Shown here piece after piece: positions 49,291-62,180 of a DNA stretch of 64,000 nt. A program made the translations under genes and the position numbers. Source of the DNA: Octopus bimaculoides. Its lineage: Eukaryota. The notes below the pieces were generated by a model. The model saw only the letters and a program-made list of their open reading frames with translations. It had not been told where the DNA came from and made no database searches. The first letter of the stretch is position 1; each line of letters begins with the position of its first letter. The DNA lies in contig NC_068983.1 of the NCBI RefSeq assembly GCF_001194135.2, forward strand, positions 135,604,210 through 135,668,209, read 5' to 3'.

Positions 49291-50419
49291 ACTGTATAAA
49301 GTCTATGAGCTAGCTGAGTTATTTACATCTCTTGACATAAAATAATGTAAAGATATGTAAATAATTCATTAAACATGAAATTTTGATGTCGACTGTTTGA
49401 GCCTTTATGAGTTGATATTTTACATTGTATGATGGTAGCTAATGACAATTAGAAAAAGTGTAAACTTGAGATTAATCTTCATTGACTTAAGTTGAGGAAC
49501 AAAATTATATAATTTACATTATGTTGTTATCTTCATACAGATATGGCTCTACATTAAAGAAATTGTCATTACAAGAAAAATTATAATGCTTTGAGGAATT
49601 TTTTGTTTTTCAACATAGAATGTTATTTTTATTGAAAGTTGAAGCTGACTGAGTAAAGTAACAGATTACGAACTGAAAAATTTGGTTGTTCATATCTGTT
49701 AACAATACAATATAGCTACCCTTATCTAGTTGCCCTACATAACACTGCATAAGGACAAATTCTTGTGGCAGTATGCCAAAATGACTTACAGAAAAACCTC
49801 ACCTCCACAAATACTTAAATTGAATTATTAGTTTGTTTTTTGTTTTTTAAATTATAAAAGGAGGAGGAGTCACAAATAGTACTGACTTAATAGTAAGGCT
49901 GATTTAAGCAACTGTATATCCGAAATCTCAACTTAAAATTACTCTGGATAAAACACTGAACTAAATGTCTGAATTTTTAAGCTTGGCAGTTAAGAGACAC
50001 TGCTGGGTATGGATGATGGCGTATAACAGAGTCTTAAAATAATTAAAAAGAAAACAACTGCTATAATCATTAGCATATTTTTTTCTACCTATTACATTTA
50101 TGTATTTAATGAAGTAAAGCTAAACATATGATTCAGTTAAAGTTTTAAAATTTTGAAGTTTTATATGCTTAGTTGTGTGTGTGTATATATGCATACGAGG
50201 GAGGGGAGTGGTTAACAAGTTGTACCCACCAGAAGTCTAGTTTAGTGTTTCATTTATAAAAGGCTAAAATGCTACCACAAACTTTACAATCAAGTAGTTT
50301 TCAGGCAGTAAAATGTCAAGTTAACTTTTGAGTAAATAGCAATATTTAAGTTTGGTCTCCAGTGTACACTAAATACTTTTCTTCTATCACTTCCCCCACT
50401 TATTTTTTTTTTAATTTCT

Positions 50420-50900
50420 AACACAGGCACAAGGTCTGAAATTTTAGAAGGGAGTATAAGTTGATTAAAACAACGCCATTACTTGACTGGTACTTTGTTT
50501 TTTACTCTAGAAAGATAAAAAAAACAAAATTGACTTTGGCATGTTTTGAACTTGGAAATGTTAAAAGCCACAGCTAAAGACCACAAAGCACCTTGTCCAA
50601 AACTAATTCAGCCAATTCATTTTTTTTTTATTTTTTTTTTTTTTTTTATAGTTTCAGCTTAGAGCTGCGGCCATGCTGATGCACCGCCATGTAAGGATTT
50701 TTTAAAATTATTATTATGCCTAATTAGCTGAGCTGCCCCACATATATTACTGATATTTATGTTTCATAGATACTGGTAGGATAAAAAAAAAACCAATCAT
50801 TTCAAGAGGGATTTGAACTCAAAATAAAGGAAACAAGACTACATATCATAAGCCAGTTAGGTTCATACTTTAATGTTCTTGCACACTCAGTGCTCTTGGT
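50420..50900 (-). mobile_element. Two family A SINEs plus a family B tail fragment (50645-50700)
   Basis: GGCACAAGGTCTGAAATTTT..GACTGGTACTTTG..TTTTGAACTTGG; GGATTTGAACTCAAAAT; TTTCAGCTTAGAGCTGCGGCCATGCTG. Confidence 0.7.
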
Positions 50901-51289
50901 AAAAATAATTTCTTATAAGACTAAATTTTGGGAAGATTACAACCAATTGAAATGACATCAATATATTCTTAACACTTGTTTCAACAGTTCCTAGAGGAAT
51001 GAAATGAGAAGCTACTTGGAATCAGAACATAGCAGAACGAAATTAAATACAGTAAAAAAAAACAAGAGTCCAAGGAAGTAGTATAGGTTTGTGTCAGAAA
51101 GTTAATAAAATGAGATAAATTGGTGAAGTTTAAACATTTTACAAATTTAGCAAACTTGCAGCTTTTATTTAAAGCAATTTACATAACGATAAAGAATGGT
51201 TCTATTGTATGATAATTCTATAGAGTGTCACCAGGTGAAAAGGTGATCTCAGTTTTTAGTGCTTCAGCAAAATTGTTTGTGCCATATGT

Positions 51290-52390
51290 CAACAATCAGC
51301 AACAGTACAGATGGATCGGCGAATTCATAGGCTCTCTGAAGGTAACTGAATGCTAACAGCAGTGGACATTTGCAAGCAAATTATCTGATGAAACTGACAT
51401 CAGCTTTACACCACAAACTGTCAAACTGCCTAAAAGAATTTGGACTGTTTGGCTGGATCGCTCGAAAGAAGCTGACATTTTCTGAGATGAACCAGCAGAA
51501 GCTGAAGACTGGTCAAAAGTTCTTTGGAGCGACAAATTCTGCTTCTACATCATTGGATTAGATGGAAAGACCCATGTTAGATGCTGTCCAACTGAAGAAT
51601 TCCAACCTAAGTGTGTCAAGAAAACGGCGCAAGGAGGAGGTGGGATGGAATGGTGTGGGTCACGTTCAGCAGCTTAGGTTTTGGTTCAATTCTTAAGGTT
51701 GAGGGCAGACTGAACAGTGTAGGCTATCTGCAATTAGTAAATGAAAATGTGCTGCCATATTTAAATAATCAGATGCCACCGGGATCTATTTTCAAGCAGG
51801 ACAATTGCCCCGTTCATAAAACTAGGAAAGTTTTGCAATATTTTGAGCACAATAACATGGTGGTTATTGAGTGACTTCTGCAGAACCCAGATTTGAATCC
51901 AATAGAAAATTTATGGAATTATGTTTCAGAGAGAGTTCATGCTAAAAAAAAAAAAAACAACACATTTGTCCCAATTATATAATTTTATTGAAGAAATATG
52001 GCAGAACATTCCAAGTGATTTTTGTGCTCATTTGTTGAACTCCATGTTCCACAATAGTAAGGCAGTAATTGAAAATAAGGGCTATGGAACTAGATACTAA
52101 TAATTAATTTTTGTTCATTGATCATCTGTGCTGTAAATTTTCAATTTAAACAAAATGATGTTGGTATTGTCTTAAACTTATTTTGCTAACAATTTTTAAT
52201 CATTTGAATTGATTGCCCATTAAAATAATTCAAATTGTATAAAGATATATAATGCCAATATCATTTGAAAGAGAAAAAAATTCTACATAAACTGTAAAAA
52301 GTAAAATAATTTCGTATAGTTTTGTGAAAAATAAATTAATGAAGGAATAAAACTGTCATCATTAGTCTTAAACTTAGTTTGGCCAGTGTA
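51290..52390 (+). mobile_element. Tc1-like DD34E transposon, decayed transposase with right IR/DR
   Basis: MDRRIHRL, EFGLFGWIARKK, WSKVLWSD, MVWVTFS, FKQDNCPVH..NPDLNPIENLW (34 residues from D to E); ends GGCCAGTG-TA. Confidence 0.92.
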
Positions 52391-52818
52391 TATAACCCAA
52401 AAACTTAATTTAAGAAAGCGTTTTAAATTTTCCATCGAATAGTCTATGTACTAAGTTCCCCCTGTCCAACCCTAAACATCTTTGAACCTAAGCAAGTTAT
52501 GTATAGAACATTCTTTGCTCAGTGATATACTTTCATCCCCAAAACATCAGCCACATGAAAGTCTCTTCTTATCAAGAATCTTTCCACAGATGCCAAATTG
52601 CAGAGATTCAAATTGAACATGAATGTATCAATGCCACAAACCTCAAAGAGTCTGCAAATGTCTTTCTACTGACTACACTATAAAAATAAGAAATTGCAAC
52701 TAAGACACATGGAGTGTAGGCTTGAAAGTCAGAGTGCAATCTGCCTGTGAAGACTGGAATAACTGAATCAAAGATTAATGAGAGATATGCTTTGGAAAAC
52801 AGCCGTATTTTCAGTTGT

Positions 52819-53030
52819 TTAACCCTTAAATATTCAGATTAATCTGTCAAATTTAATGCTTATTTATTCACATGGTTTTGAATTAATCATGCATTATCTT
52901 GTAGCTTTGAGATCTTGAAGATGTGATTGTGTATTTTTAGAATGACATTGTAGTGTAGGTGTGAGAAATTGGATCTAGTCTGTTTAAACATAAAACAGGT
53001 AGGATATTTGGGATGGTTATAGCTGCACAA
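52819..53030 (+). mobile_element. TTAA-ended MITE, 3' end degraded
   Basis: TTAACCCTTAAATATTCAGATTAATCTGTCAAATTTAATGCTTATTTATTCAC; homologous fragment at 12945. Confidence 0.75.
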
Positions 53031-53712
53031 CAGTTGGGTGAAGACTTCTCAATGATACTGACACATAACCAAATCAACAACAATAATGGATTCTGAATAT
53101 TGATAACATTGAATTTCTAGAGATCACACACCTGCACTCAATCAGCCAAATATGCGACAGCCAAATATGCTGTATTCTCAAACACCATAAGTGTTAAGCC
53201 TTACTAATAAATACATACACACACACTAAAGCTGATTCACTTAGCTATGCTCATCTAGAAATATTGGGACTGCACCTAGTAAAAAGCAAAAGCATTTTTT
53301 AACATTACACTAATACCATTTTATTAAAATAATGCCTGAAGATTAAATATTTTCTCTTTCACTTTTATTTCTTCTTTCAGATAATTAAATACTACATACT
53401 GCTAAATGCCTTTGTTCACAACACTGTGTTTGGCATTGTTAGCAATTAAGCACTTTAGCTAGTGACAACTAACCTTTTCCAACTGGACTGAAATAAATGT
53501 ACGTTGCAAAGTAGACTTCCAGAGAGGAAATAGTGGAGGAAATATCAAGATGTGACACACAACCAATTGTCTATTTCCTTGACGACACACTAGTTAGTGA
53601 ATGGCAGACTATTCAACTAATTTACTTAATACACACCAACAAAACTAACATTATCATTCACAAATTTTACTAGGTCACACATGTCTACAGTTAATATAGA
53701 GACAATAGATAG

Positions 53713-53753
<41 letters not shown>
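53713..53753. repeat. Poly(A) tract (~41 nt)
   Basis: Direct inspection. Confidence 0.97.
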
Positions 53754-53756
<3 letters not shown>

Positions 53757-53999
53757 GTCAGAGTCCATGAGCAGATCCCAGCAAAATAACCCATTATGAA
53801 ATGAAACAGACCAAAGGATGATAGTATTTAGAAATGAAAGATTACAAACTTCCTTTTTCTTAAGAACAAAACTAGCTTGTTCTTAAATATCAAACTGGTA
53901 CAGTTTAACACAAATCTTAATCTAGATAAGGTTGTTAGAAATCATTTTTAAAAGTTGGGCATGGGAATAGAAGCACATTTCATTACACACATGAGCATG

Positions 54000-54420
54000 A
54001 GTGACATGTATTTGGAAAAAAAGTGCAGTAATTTGGCAGAGAAGCCTCCAAAGCAGAGGTAGGATCAAAGAAGAACTAACAAAAAAGTTGACCAGAGAAC
54101 ATTTGAATTTGAAAGATAAGATACAGACATATAGAAAGGTGCCAATTTGTAAATCCATCCTTGGGGACATGGAACAAATGTTAATGCCTGTGATAGATTT
54201 TATACTTAACACACAGAATATTTGTTCCAAATTTTCTAACCAAAGGACTGTTTATTCAAGTTGTATTGTGTGATTTTACAGTATGAAATTCTGCATTGAG
54301 GAGCTTATTTGCCTACAGAGCTGAATATTAAACTGATAAATAGAAATATAAGCTGGACTAAGCTGGCATAACGAAATTAGGTGAAGAATTAATTATCCTT
54401 TTTTGACGAGAACTATCTTC
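54000..54420 (+). mobile_element. Possible highly degraded hAT (Charlie/ZBED5-like) transposase remnant
   Basis: Weak hand similarity: ..EQMLMPVIDFI.., LFKLYC, ..PTE.., LSFL; the CxxH and WLSRG motifs are not intact. Confidence 0.25.
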
Positions 54421-54526
54421 AAGAAACAGTAATTATATTTTAAGAAAGACTTTTAGAGAAGACAACTTGGAAAGAAATAATATGATAGGTCAAACCTGGT
54501 AACTTTGGATCTTACAGTTAAGATGA

Positions 54527-54528
<2 letters not shown>

Positions 54529-54563
<35 letters not shown>

Positions 54564-54572
54564 AAGAGAGGG
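54529..54572. repeat. (GA)n microsatellite
   Basis: Direct inspection. Confidence 0.95.
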
Positions 54573-54729
54573 GGAGGTAATGAGAATAGTCTACCCCCTG
54601 CCAACATGAAAGGAAAATCTATTACAATGATAATTTAAACTATAATTAAAGAGAGATTACTAATATATTATCAAGATAAAGTATATTGAAACGTTTACCA
54701 ATACCTCACTATATAATATAACAATATAA

Positions 54730-54945
54730 TATTATATATATGTATATATCTATGTCCGTGTTTGTCCCCCATTGTTGCTTGACAATTGGTGTTGGTGGGT
54801 TTATGTTCCATAACTTAGCAGTTTGGCAAATGAGACCAGTAGAATATGTACTAGGCTTTAAAAAAAAAAATCCTGTGGTTGATTTGTTCAACTAAGACCC
54901 TTCAAGGCCCCAGCATGGCCATGGTCAAATGACTGAAACAAGCAG
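54730..54945 (+). mobile_element. Family B SINE, 3' half (non-RTE tail)
   Basis: CCAGCATGGCCATGGTCAAATGACTGAAACAAG is the reverse complement of the 28010-28050 region. Confidence 0.75.
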
Positions 54946-54946
54946 G

Positions 54947-54983
<37 letters not shown>

Positions 54984-55512
54984 CCATTTTTTAAAATGAT
55001 GTTTACTTCGGACAAGATGTGAACCTGTGACTCCTGAAACTGAGAGGAAGAGAGACAATTGATATCTCAAATATAACAGGGATAGGTAAAAGCACATGAA
55101 TTTATAAAATGTTTTTTTTTTTTAATAGTAAAATGTAAAAATAAAAACTTCCAAGATTATAATCAAACAAGGACAGTATTATAAGAGAGTATGTTACATT
55201 AGAAATATTGTATCTCAACAAAAATACAATCATCACCAGTAAAACAAAACCCTATACCAAAGAAATTTCTTATAATCATTTGATCCCCTACCTCCTCCTC
55301 TAATACAGAACAACTCAAAGTTACTGCAAACAAACATGTCACTGTTCTGAAAAAATTTCTACACCCTTGACAAAACTTAAGTTATTTGAGACAAGCCATA
55401 AACTTGGTATCAGTTTAAAAAAAAAAAGAAAAAAGAACAACCATTATTCATATTATATGAGGTAAAACATTTCATTAAAAGGAAAAGATTAATGTTCTTT
55501 AACACATAGTGA

Positions 55513-55513
<1 letters not shown>

Positions 55514-55574
<61 letters not shown>
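55514..55574. repeat. (TG)n microsatellite
   Basis: Direct inspection; produces the THTHTH ORF. Confidence 0.97.
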
Positions 55575-55577
<3 letters not shown>

Positions 55578-56684
55578 TAACTGGTCTCTGTGATTCTGTG
55601 TTGCTTTCAATCTCAAGTATTCCATGAAATAGGCTATTTAGACATTATACTGCTTTAAAATGGAACCAAATTAAGAGTACTGTTGTTATAGACCCAAATC
55701 TGCTCATGCCTTTTGAAACTGTTAGCAGCAATAAACAGTAGTAGCCATAGATGAAAACCTTTTCTGATAACCAACATTTGATTCCTCAATCATAAAAGCA
55801 GTTAGATAAGGGGAGCAAGTTTGAAGAAAGCAAAAAAGAAGGGAAGAAGATAGTAAGGAGAGTAAGCAGTATGTTACAAATTCTATTTGTTTTATTTTTT
55901 GCTTCTTTAGAATATTTTCTAAAAGTGCCACAAAAACACTATATAGTGTTTTAATTTTGTTAAAACACTGTTCTTTATCAATCTTGGCAACTTAAACAAT
56001 ATCAATGAGATAAAGATTGGTGGCATTGTGGGTTGGGATACAGAAAGAGGAAAAGAAGCTCATGACAAAAAAAAAAACATGCAAAGAAAAGAGAAACTCA
56101 GAAAGAGAAGAGTTACTGTTGTAGGGTGACAGACCCAACTTAGATAAACAAACCGAAAATTGAATTTTTCCACTACTATATATTTGGATGACTAACTTCT
56201 TTATATATTCCTCAATTTTATCTGTGGACAGGTTGTTAAACAGATAAACATTTGAAAAATTAACAATAATAATAGTGATTTTCTAACATAAGCACAATAA
56301 AAACCAAACATGAACAGTCAAAAACTAAAAAAGAATTTTTGAAGTAGACAATAAGGTCTTCTGTTTGAATTTGAAAATGAAGTCCACATGGAAAGTGTTA
56401 GTGTACAGTAAAAGCTTTTCTACTGAACCCAAACCTGTCATGCCCTCAGGGAATTAGACTCCCTCACAACTTCAGGCATATCAATTTAGATTAGATATAG
56501 ACAACTTTGGAATGGGTGTGGCAACTAGCTTTATTGATTATTATGCTGGCATGAATTAAATGGTAAGCTGTTTTGTATCCCATCAAAAGTGCTGGGTAGT
56601 AAGTACTCTAGGCAAGAGCACTCAACCACCTAGTCATTAATAGACACCATGACTGTAAGCAGCAAATATACACAATTTCTTTTG

Positions 56685-56835
56685 ACTAGGTACAAGGCCA
56701 ATATAGAGGGAAGAGTAGAATCATTTGTATTTATATTACTGGCCCCTTAAGGTTCCACAATGAAAGAACTGGCAATAAGCTAAGCAGGTTTTGAACTTAA
56801 GATAGTGAAGAATTCACTCAGACATTCCAGCTACT
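56685..56835 (-). mobile_element. Family A SINE, degraded
   Basis: TAGGTACAAGGCC..GGTTTTGAACTTAAGAT. Confidence 0.5.
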
Positions 56836-59800
56836 TTAAAATCAAATGAAATTTTTTTTCAACAAAATCAAACATATCAACTGTCACACATGTGTATTTA
56901 TTTATCTATCTGCACACATATAACAAATATTCTAGCAATCTATCCTCTAACATAAAAACGGCTGTTTGTTGTTGGCGATGCTACTGTTTTCAGGACATTC
57001 CAGTGCCTTCACATACCAAAATATTAAAATTCCACAATAAAGCTATGCCATCACTACTATTATCCTGGTCCCATTCAATTATCTATAGCAATGACATCAT
57101 ACAAACTTCCATTTCTTTCTTCTTTTTTTAGGTATCTAGAAAACAGAAAAACATGTTATTGTAAAGTGAATGGAATGTAGCAGTAGCAGCAGTCACTACA
57201 ATCTCCACTGCTGACATCACCTCTCCAAAAGATGAAGAAAAACTAAAACTATAATCCATCTTTTCCAAATCCAATAAATAGCATAAATGATCAAAACACA
57301 GGCGTATGTGTGTGTGCAGGTACAAAGACAACTGTTCTATAGGTAATGTCAATTTTCTTTCTAAAATAAAATCTACATGGTATTGAATTAATTTCACTTA
57401 CTGTGTCGTGCCCCTGGGCAAAGCACATAATTGTATTTGTTACAGTTTGACTAACAAAAAACTTATCACTAAAGCTTCACAGGTGAGTGATTACTAGTGA
57501 AATAAGTGTGGACATCCAGCTGTGAAAAATTGCTGTAACCAAAACTATTCCACTCACTAAACACAGACAAATATAAAACTGTGCGTGCATGCACACACAC
57601 ACACATGAATGCATGTATATCAAAACTGATGACTATCTTAATGAACTGAAAGCAGAGTACTGTATAACTGCCAAAAGTTTTAGTTTGCAGTGTTCAGGTG
57701 AAATGTTCCTTCAAGTCTAGCTTGGAGAGGAATGAACTCCATGCTGACTGTGTCAAGGCACATCCTTTAAATTTCAAAGCTGGTGGTTCACAATCCAGTT
57801 ACACTGTACCAGACCACTTGACTTGAGAGACAGAAAATTAGTCATTGCTTCTTCAATAGTCCCAGCCATTTCTACCAATGATATGAGGATCTGAAAAAAC
57901 ATGGATAAGGATCCAGTTTTGTGTCTCCAACACTATCATAATTTCTCACTATTTCTCTGGCAGTATTTAGAATTATGGCAACTAGACCTGCCATACTTTT
58001 AATACACAGCTTTTAGTTAATGATAATAATATTGGTAACTACATTAACATTTTCAAGCAACTGACAGGAATTGCTGAGAAACAGGAATCTATGGAAGAAA
58101 AATTATATAAACTCTATTTGAAATTTCCAAGGAAAAAAAGAATTAAAACTAAGTATAAGAGTGATATTCAAGTAGCAAGAATCAAATCTTATTATTGATA
58201 TAACAACCATACACATAAAGCTGAACTCTTTGGACTCCTTGATCAAGAAATAGTTTATATTGTCAATACATACTATAACTGAATAACAGGATTGACTGAT
58301 TGATCAAAGAATAGCTTTTGTCATCTTGTATTATGACACAAACCGATATAATATACCATCAGAAATCCTGAATGTCAGATACATGCTGGGAGTGAATCGA
58401 TTTGCTTATCTAAAGCCCAATATCTTCCCAGTAGACTTCAGTGAAGTTCTAAGTGCACCTAAAAAGCCAAAACTGCTGCTAACACACAAACACATACAGA
58501 AAAATATCTCAATCTGATTGCAGCAAAACTGTAATTTACTTCACAAATAAATAAAAAGAGAGAAAAATAGAAAAAGCCATCATTTTCAGCCAACAGAACC
58601 CATTACCAGAACCAGGCTGATATTCACAAGATAAGAACAGAAATATTTACTGATACCTCAATGATAAAAATGTAAACAGCAGGAGTAGCAGAAAGAATCT
58701 ATTACTAATATAAGAATTGCACCAAACAATATAGATGGACAAGGAACCAAAGAGGCTCTTTATTCAGAAGTATAAAAAGGTTATACAAACAACTTACCCA
58801 TAAAAAAAAAGATGGGTGGAGGGATACTGATTCTCTCACCCAACAACACAAGATGCAATGCTTTTTTTTTTACTCCATACTGACACCTAACACAAGATAA
58901 AAGATCAGGGTGAAAGAAAAGACTGTGTGACATTCATGTCCTTCTCAAATACAGGAATGGCCTATAGCTCAATTGAAACTGAGTGAAGCTGAGTTAATGA
59001 TTAACAAATTTTTGACACTTTAATTCCCTAGAACTGTTTAAATTTATGTCTGTCATAAAAAAAAATGCCATTAATGGAGACCCAGATGACATTTTTTCAA
59101 GTATTTTTTAGAAAGAAAAAGATCTTTTTTTTATTATATTTAGATATGAATAAATATACTGTAACAGATATCAAGTATGTTCTTTGTTTATAAAACTAGC
59201 TACAATACAGAGACACCAGCAAGCAAGTAAAGCAAGTGTATATTGATGAAAGACATTCAAGATGAAACTTGTTTCAATCTTATTGTACTGAAAAACTTAA
59301 CATTGAATATAGTTATGAAACTTGTCAAGCAGGTTATTATCATTTGGTCAAGAAGTTCACTTTACAATAACATGGTTCTCAGTTTGATCCTACTGAGTAA
59401 CACCTTGTTTAACTTTTTTTTATCACAGCCTCAGTCAAGTCACATAAATTAAACTGGATATATACTAAATTTTATGGAAGCATTTTATCTGATTTAACAT
59501 CAAACCTTTTGAACGTATTTAGACTGAAGATAATTTGGTATATTGATGCAGAAACCTATGAGTTGAGGTTTCTTAACCTCACCTACCAGTTTGGGGCTGT
59601 GCCAATTCCACAGCCATTATGAAAAAATAAATTCTTAATGTTGACAATCTTAACATCTAGGAGTGTGTAACATCCAAAGACTGGGGTTCAAGTACAAGAG
59701 TAATTCATGGCTGATGAAAACTACAACACTATAAATTAGCAAAGAGATGTAAAAAATTTGTTTTTAAATTTTAGTTCAGCTTGTCTAGAAAATATATGAT

Positions 59801-61106
59801 AGATAAAACCAGACAAATGAAGGAGTTGATAAAGAAACCCCTAGCAAAATTGTATGTTTCTAAGTACTACATGAAAATAAAAACTTAATGGCAGTAAATG
59901 TAGTATTTTCATAACTAGATAAGTGATATTTACCATACTTACAAGAAATTGAATTGAAGTAGGCAAAAGGTTTTCTTATAATATTTAATTGCACAACTGA
60001 CAAATCTAAATAGAAAAAATTACAAAAAGAAAATGCATACCTAAATTTAGATAATCTAGATAAACTACCTTAAAAAAAAATGGCTGGAGTGCCTTCAATC
60101 ATATGTCTGTCTGCTTGATAAGAGCTGACATGGAGCTAATAATAACCATCTGGTTTTCAAAGGTGTACAGAAACACTCAGTACCACTCTGTAATTTACTA
60201 TATAGATACGTTTTTTCTTTCTTTTTTTCTTATAATCTTTTCAAGGGTAGGTCAATGAATGTTGTTACAGCAGCTGTATCAGATACAATATCAGTGTCCA
60301 TCAAGCTTTCAAATCAAAATTGGAAGTAATATTTCCAACTCTCTCCTACAGCAGGAACATAATAAAACCAAGAGAACAATCATTTCTGATTCATTGTCAC
60401 TCATCCTTAACAGCTGAAACCTCTAACACTCAAAGCATCTTGAGAATTCTATAAAACACATGCTACACCAGTAATTGTTCTGACTGATGATTTATTCCAT
60501 ATTTTGTATTCAGTATCATAAAACCACAATTGAGCACTAGTTTATGGATAAAAAAGGACAATAAAAATCCTTCAGAAGTATTACTCTAATATTTCAGGGT
60601 TTGTGAACTAGAATGCAAGTAATGAAAAATTGCAGATACTCCAATTACATAACTATTGTTTTTTTTTAAACTGAACATTACGTAGATATAATTTTCTCAG
60701 GTGATTATAGGTCACCTTAAGAAAAAAAAAGACCGAAAAAGCTATGTGCTAAATTGAATTGAGATAAACAAATGCTTTAGAGTGAGAAAATATTTCCATG
60801 AAGTATTGATAAAAGTTTTTTGTATGTGATGATGATAAGCCACCTGTTGCAAGTGGTTTGGATACATGCCTATAATATAGCAGCTTGCATAAAATAATCT
60901 AGTGTAGTGAGCAGTGATATTTGCTTGTAATGGTGTTGGAAATTAAAATATCTGAATCTAAAGTATCAATTTTTGCACATCACTGAAAAATAATTGTGGT
61001 GGAGATAACAGACTAGCAAAAAGTCAGATTGAGTATATCATACTATCCAAAATTTGGTCTCAGACTTCCGAGTCCAAATGTCACAGATCTATTTTGCCTA
61101 TCATAC

Positions 61107-61193
61107 CTCCTATTTGATAAAGCAAGGATGACTACAATACTAGCATTCAATAATAGCAACTGTATATTTGCTTTACGAACAATATTTCCTTGT
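61107..61193 (-). CDS. Candidate internal exon (QGNIVRKANIQLLLLNASIVVILALSNR)
   Basis: Strong acceptor TACTTTTTTTTTCTGTCTAG, donor GAG|GTATGA, 87 nt, frame-preserving, one open frame with a hydrophobic stretch. Confidence 0.35.
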
Positions 61194-61864
61194 CTAGACA
61201 GAAAAAAAAAAGTACCACTCAAAGATAGGGTACTACTGGGTGCCTTATACAGAGTAAGCTCAATCCACAACCCACTTTTGATTTCTGAGTTAAACACTTA
61301 AAAGAGCATTTACCAAAGCCATATGCATCAAATTTTATATTCTATGATAAAGAGTAGCTGTCCAAAATCAGGTGTACATCTATGAAGTCAATACAAAGTA
61401 GTAGGTTCATAAACTAAGTTAACAAGATCATGATTTACTCTTTAACTTATGGTACTAATATTTTTCAGAAAAGCACAAATATTACATTCTCATTTCTCCC
61501 CACTTCCATATTCTAAACTGTCAAGTTCACCCACAAAACAAAATAGGAAACCTAATAGTAACAAATTAAAAAGAACCAGATCTACTGTATGATGCAAATA
61601 AATCTCTACCAACAAACTTTATAACAGGTACAGGGTCTTTTGAAGTCCAAATTCTTCAGACATACTTGCAATTAAACTCCTGAATTGTTCTTGATTTAGC
61701 AGACTGACCAAATACAATTTCAGTCATCCCCATCTTGCCATCTTTTCAAGAATCAATATACCTCAAGACTACATCATCCAATGTCTTTAAGAAGGTAGAG
61801 TGAGAGTCGACTGAGATTTAGCTGTTAGTTCCAGCAGGTTGAATGACAAGATATGGTTGACTCA

Positions 61865-62180
61865 TGATTCATCATCATTTAGCATCCATTTTCTATGCTA
61901 GCATGGGTCTGACTGGATCTGGTAAGCCAGATTATATTTTATCTTAGCAGGTGCTACTAAACAAAAAAAGTTTTCATCTTCTTGAAGTTGAATATATATA
62001 TGATCATTGTCATTTAAAATCTGTTGTCCATGCTGGCATGGGTTCGACAGTTTGACCAGAGCAGGCAAGCTGGGGAGCTGCACCAGACTCCAGTCTGCTC
62101 TGACATGGTTTCTTAGCTAGATGCCCTTCCTGATGCCAACCACTTTACAGAGTGTGCTGGGTGCTTTTACATAGCATTGC
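61865..62180 (-). mobile_element. Two RTE 3'-tail copies
   Basis: CATCATCATTTAGCATCCATTTTCTATGCTAGCATGGG and TCCATGCTGGCATGGGTTCGACAGTTTGACC..GATGCCCTTCCTGATGCCAACCACTTTACAG. Confidence 0.85.

Noticed and set aside
57650-57895. Exon after acceptor CCATGTTTTTTCAG (ILISLVEMAGTIEEAM..)
   Set aside because: No strong donor before the stop codon and no homology.
59563-59582. Hairpin TGAGGTT-TCTT-AACCTCA as a Helitron end or terminator
   Set aside because: A 7-bp stem is expected by chance, and no CTRR terminus or related copy was seen.
60035-60060. Second AG|GTATGC recursive-type site
   Set aside because: Lacks a real polypyrimidine tract.
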